A DNA stretch of 32,000 bases from NCBI RefSeq assembly GCF_000008665.1, contig NC_000917.1, positions 1,140,001 to 1,172,000 on the forward strand. The letters are read 5' to 3'. How positions within the stretch are numbered: position 1 is the stretch's first letter; every line of letters begins with the position of its first letter. Positions 29,270 through 32,000 of this stretch are shown piece by piece. The translations under genes and the position numbers were made by a program. The notes below the pieces were generated by a model that was not told the origin of the DNA, did not search any database, and saw nothing but the letters and a program-made list of their open reading frames with translations. Source of the stretch: Archaeoglobus fulgidus DSM 4304 (GTDB lineage: Archaea; Halobacteriota; Archaeoglobi; Archaeoglobales; Archaeoglobaceae).

Positions 29270-30133
29270 ATGAGATACGAAGAGCCGGTGTTCAGACCGC
29301 CAAGTGAGGCTTTCAGCCTCATAGTTCAGGCCACAATTGGCTGCTCATGGAACAGGTGCACCTTCTGCGGAATGTACAAGATGAAGAAGTTCAGGGTTAG
29401 GGACATTGAGGAGGTTAAAGAGGATTTTCGACTGGCAAAGGAAATTTACGGAGACGTGAGGAGAGTTTTCCTGGCTGACGGTAACGCTCTTGCCGCTGAT
29501 ACGGATTACCTCCTCGAAATTGCCGATTACGCAAACAAGCTCTTCAACCTTGAAAGGATAAGCTGCTACGCCACACCGCAGGACATCCTCGAAAAAAGCA
29601 AAGAAGAATTGAAAGAAATCAGAAATGCTGGGATTAAGCTGCTCTACGTCGGAATAGAGAGCGGTGATGATGAAATACTCGAAAGAATAAGGAAAGGTGT
29701 CAGTTCTAATGAAATAGCGGAAGCCTGCATGAAAGCCCACGAGTGCGGCTTTGAGCTTTCCGTTACGGTTTTAACGGGCATTGGGGGAAAGGAGAGGAGC
29801 TACAAAAACGCCAGAAACACAGCAAGGCTGCTAAACCGCATTTCTCCCAAATATACCGGAGTACTAACGTACATCCCCGTTCCGAACACGCCTTTATACG
29901 TGAAAATCAAAAGAGGGGAGTTTCTTCTACCAAACCCTCTGGAAAACCTTCTCGAACTGCGCTGGATGGTTGAGAGAATTGAGGCCAGGACAATCTTCCG
30001 CTGCAACCACGCCTCCAACTATTTGCCACTGAAGGGAACGCTGCCTGAAGACAGAGAAAAGCTGCTCAAGGCCATCGACTACGCCATAGCCCATCCGGAA
30101 GTCCTTAAGCCTGAGTGGCTGAGGGGGCTTTAA
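29270..30133 (+). CDS. Radical SAM protein
   Basis: ATIGCSWNRCTFCGMYK (CxxxxxCxxC-type cluster motif), GVESGDDEILERIRKG. Confidence 0.88.
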   Translation: MRYEEPVFRPPSEAFSLIVQATIGCSWNRCTFCGMYKMKKFRVRDIEEVKEDFRLAKEIYGDVRRVFLADGNALAADTDYLLEIADYANKLFNLERISCYATPQDILEKSKEELKEIRNAGIKLLYVGIESGDDEILERIRKGVSSNEIAEACMKAHECGFELSVTVLTGIGGKERSYKNARNTARLLNRISPKYTGVLTYIPVPNTPLYVKIKRGEFLLPNPLENLLELRWMVERIEARTIFRCNHASNYLPLKGTLPEDREKLLKAIDYAIAHPEVLKPEWLRGL

Positions 30134-30142
30134 AAATAAAAA

Positions 30143-31120
30143 TTAGCTGAGCGACTCTGCAATCTTTATAAGTTCATCTTTCGGCAGCTCACCGCTAATG
30201 GACACCTGAACTCCATTTTTCTCGATGTAAAGGACTGATGCCCCAAATATCTCGCCGTAATAGGCCTTTTCACCGTTAATCTCCACTTCCTCAAAATCCT
30301 TGGGAACCTCTGACTTCTCGGTTGATTCCAAAATCGTTAAAGCCTTTTCTCCGTCTGAGTAAGTAAGAAATGCTGAGTCATTCGTTACGCTGACAGACTT
30401 TAGCTCGTATCCTGCGGTGTAGGATGGGACAAGGATTTTGAAGCTCGCTTCCTTCTGAGCCTCCTCAACGCTTTCATACGTCTTCGGGAGCTTGAAGTCA
30501 AATTTTTCAACTTCAGCACCCTCTGGAGGCTTGAACTCAAAGAAGCTGTCGTCAACGCCTGTGTTGAAGCTCAGATTCCTGTATTCGATGTACATTTTGA
30601 TACCTCCGAAGCTCGTTTCCACCCTTATGGGGAACCAGAACTCCTTGTCAACCCACATTTTGGTGGCGTTCTCCCTATCATTCTTCGGCTTTAAATTCAG
30701 AACGAAACAGTCCCTGCCTGAAACCTTCTCCTCTCCGAGAAGCTCAACATCGTAGTATTCGAGCATTTCCTTTATCAGTGTAGTGTAGTCGAACTTGAGC
30801 GGTGTGGATTCCTTAGTCATGTTCATCTCAAAAACCACCACCTTGTTGTTCTTCTTGTCGTAGCTCCACATAACGCTGCCGTTGGACACAGCAATGGAGT
30901 TCTCATCCTCCATGTATAATTTATAGGGCTTCTTGAAGATGTAGGTGTAGTTCATCTCCATCTTACCCATCGGGCCCTCAGACACCACATAAACCTCTGC
31001 CCTCAAATCCTGAATTTTCTCCTCCTTTTCCTGCATCTTCTTCGCTATCTCTTCGGCGCTCATCTGCACACAGCCAGCCAGAACGGAAACTACAAGGAGA
31101 GCAATCAGCAACCTCTTCAT
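30143..31120 (-). CDS. Outer-membrane-lipoprotein-sorting (LolA)-like secreted lipoprotein
   Basis: MKRLLIALLVVSVLAGCVQ lipobox; VYVVSEGPMGKMEMNYTYIFKKPYKLYME, FWFPIRVETSFGG. Natural start ATG 31120; the track start 31159 is an extension. Confidence 0.75.
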   Translation of the reverse strand: MKRLLIALLVVSVLAGCVQMSAEEIAKKMQEKEEKIQDLRAEVYVVSEGPMGKMEMNYTYIFKKPYKLYMEDENSIAVSNGSVMWSYDKKNNKVVVFEMNMTKESTPLKFDYTTLIKEMLEYYDVELLGEEKVSGRDCFVLNLKPKNDRENATKMWVDKEFWFPIRVETSFGGIKMYIEYRNLSFNTGVDDSFFEFKPPEGAEVEKFDFKLPKTYESVEEAQKEASFKILVPSYTAGYELKSVSVTNDSAFLTYSDGEKALTILESTEKSEVPKDFEEVEINGEKAYYGEIFGASVLYIEKNGVQVSISGELPKDELIKIAESLS

Positions 31121-31192
31121 GTGTGCTGTGTTTTGTTCTGGATATATAAAGTTTGCCACTTGCAGTCAAATGACTGAAAAACATATTAAATC

Positions 31193-31963
31193 ATGAAACT
31201 AAGGCGAAACATGAAGTGGAACGATGAGGGAAAGAGAATTGTTGAGATGCTGAAACTCCGCACACCACCAGTTGGTGTAAAATTCTTCCAGGAGAAGTAC
31301 GAGCCTGAAAGGGCCTTTAGGCCGTCAAAATACGGAATAAAGATGGCAGTCTGTCAGGCCATTGCCTTTGCCCGCTACATCGGCAGAACGGTTGTGCTTG
31401 AGGCTGAGGACTTTGGGTGCCCTCCTGCGATGCTCCTTTACGGCGTGGCGGAGTATGAAGGGAGCCTGAAGGATATTCTGGTTGGCGCGCAGTGGCTGAA
31501 GGATGAGAGCTGCGAGGTTGCGGAGCAGAAGCTTCCATTGGGGAAGTATAAGAGCTTCGTTTTTGGGGACATGACGAAAATGGCGGAGGAGCCTGAGGCT
31601 GTGATGATTTTTGGAACTCCTGCCCAGATTGGGAGGCTGATACAGGCAGCAACCTACTTCGGAGGGGCTGTGAAGGCAAATCTGACGGCAAAAACTGCAT
31701 CGTGTGCTGAAGCTCTTTTCCCGGCTTTAAGGGGAGAGGTGGCGATTGCAGTTCCCGGAGCTGGAGACAGAGTTTTTGCCGCGATTCAGGAGACGGAGAT
31801 GATTTTTGCCATGCCCTATGCTTGGACAGGCAAAATCTTGGAGGGGCTTGAGAATGCAGGCAGGGGGGCAAATATCAGCTACCCGCCCTCACCCTTCCTG
31901 ATGTTCACTCCACGCTTCCCCAAGCACTACAGAGAGACTGCGGAGAAGTTCAAGCTCGTTTGA
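31193..31963 (+). CDS. DUF169 family protein (start may be ATG 31211)
   Basis: LRTPPVGVKFFQEKYEPERAFRPSK...CQAIAFARYIGRTVVLEAEDFGCPPAMLLYG. Confidence 0.8.
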   Translation: MKLRRNMKWNDEGKRIVEMLKLRTPPVGVKFFQEKYEPERAFRPSKYGIKMAVCQAIAFARYIGRTVVLEAEDFGCPPAMLLYGVAEYEGSLKDILVGAQWLKDESCEVAEQKLPLGKYKSFVFGDMTKMAEEPEAVMIFGTPAQIGRLIQAATYFGGAVKANLTAKTASCAEALFPALRGEVAIAVPGAGDRVFAAIQETEMIFAMPYAWTGKILEGLENAGRGANISYPPSPFLMFTPRFPKHYRETAEKFKLV

Positions 31964-32000
31964 GGGCTGTAATCACACCATGACACCTGCAGGCGGTGGC

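Overview
The window reads as ordinary, dense euryarchaeal chromosome. Gene content strongly resembles Archaeoglobus fulgidus; that is recognition from memory, not a search. Main blocks are: (i) a minus-strand argB operon with a TIM-barrel gene and a window-truncated LOR/SDH-type gene that the ORF track misses; (ii) tRNA-Arg(TCT) and tRNA-Glu(CTC); (iii) thioredoxin, an AMA-like AAA ATPase and a frameshifted histone-deacetylase-family gene; (iv) an acyl-CoA synthetase divergent from a methylmalonyl-CoA mutase / MeaB / cobalamin adenosyltransferase / thiolase-DUF35 / acyl-CoA dehydrogenase run; (v) a heat-shock operon (wHTH regulator, cdc48, hsp20) with a perfect CTAAC-N5-GTTAG operator-like site; (vi) gar1 overlapping a TFB gene out of phase by 83 nt; (vii) an ABC exporter whose permease is frameshifted; (viii) tpiA and fae-hps; (ix) DUF362, DUF166, thymidylate kinase-like and dolichol-kinase-like genes; (x) an intact 963-bp insertion sequence with degenerate terminal inverted repeats and a 16-bp direct target repeat. 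A decayed, internally deleted relative of that IS sits unannotated between the heat-shock regulator and gar1. I found no convincing new defence or mobile system. The most useful observations are the IS remnant, the long target duplication, the two frameshifts, the gar1/tfb overprint, the operator and the missed genes.
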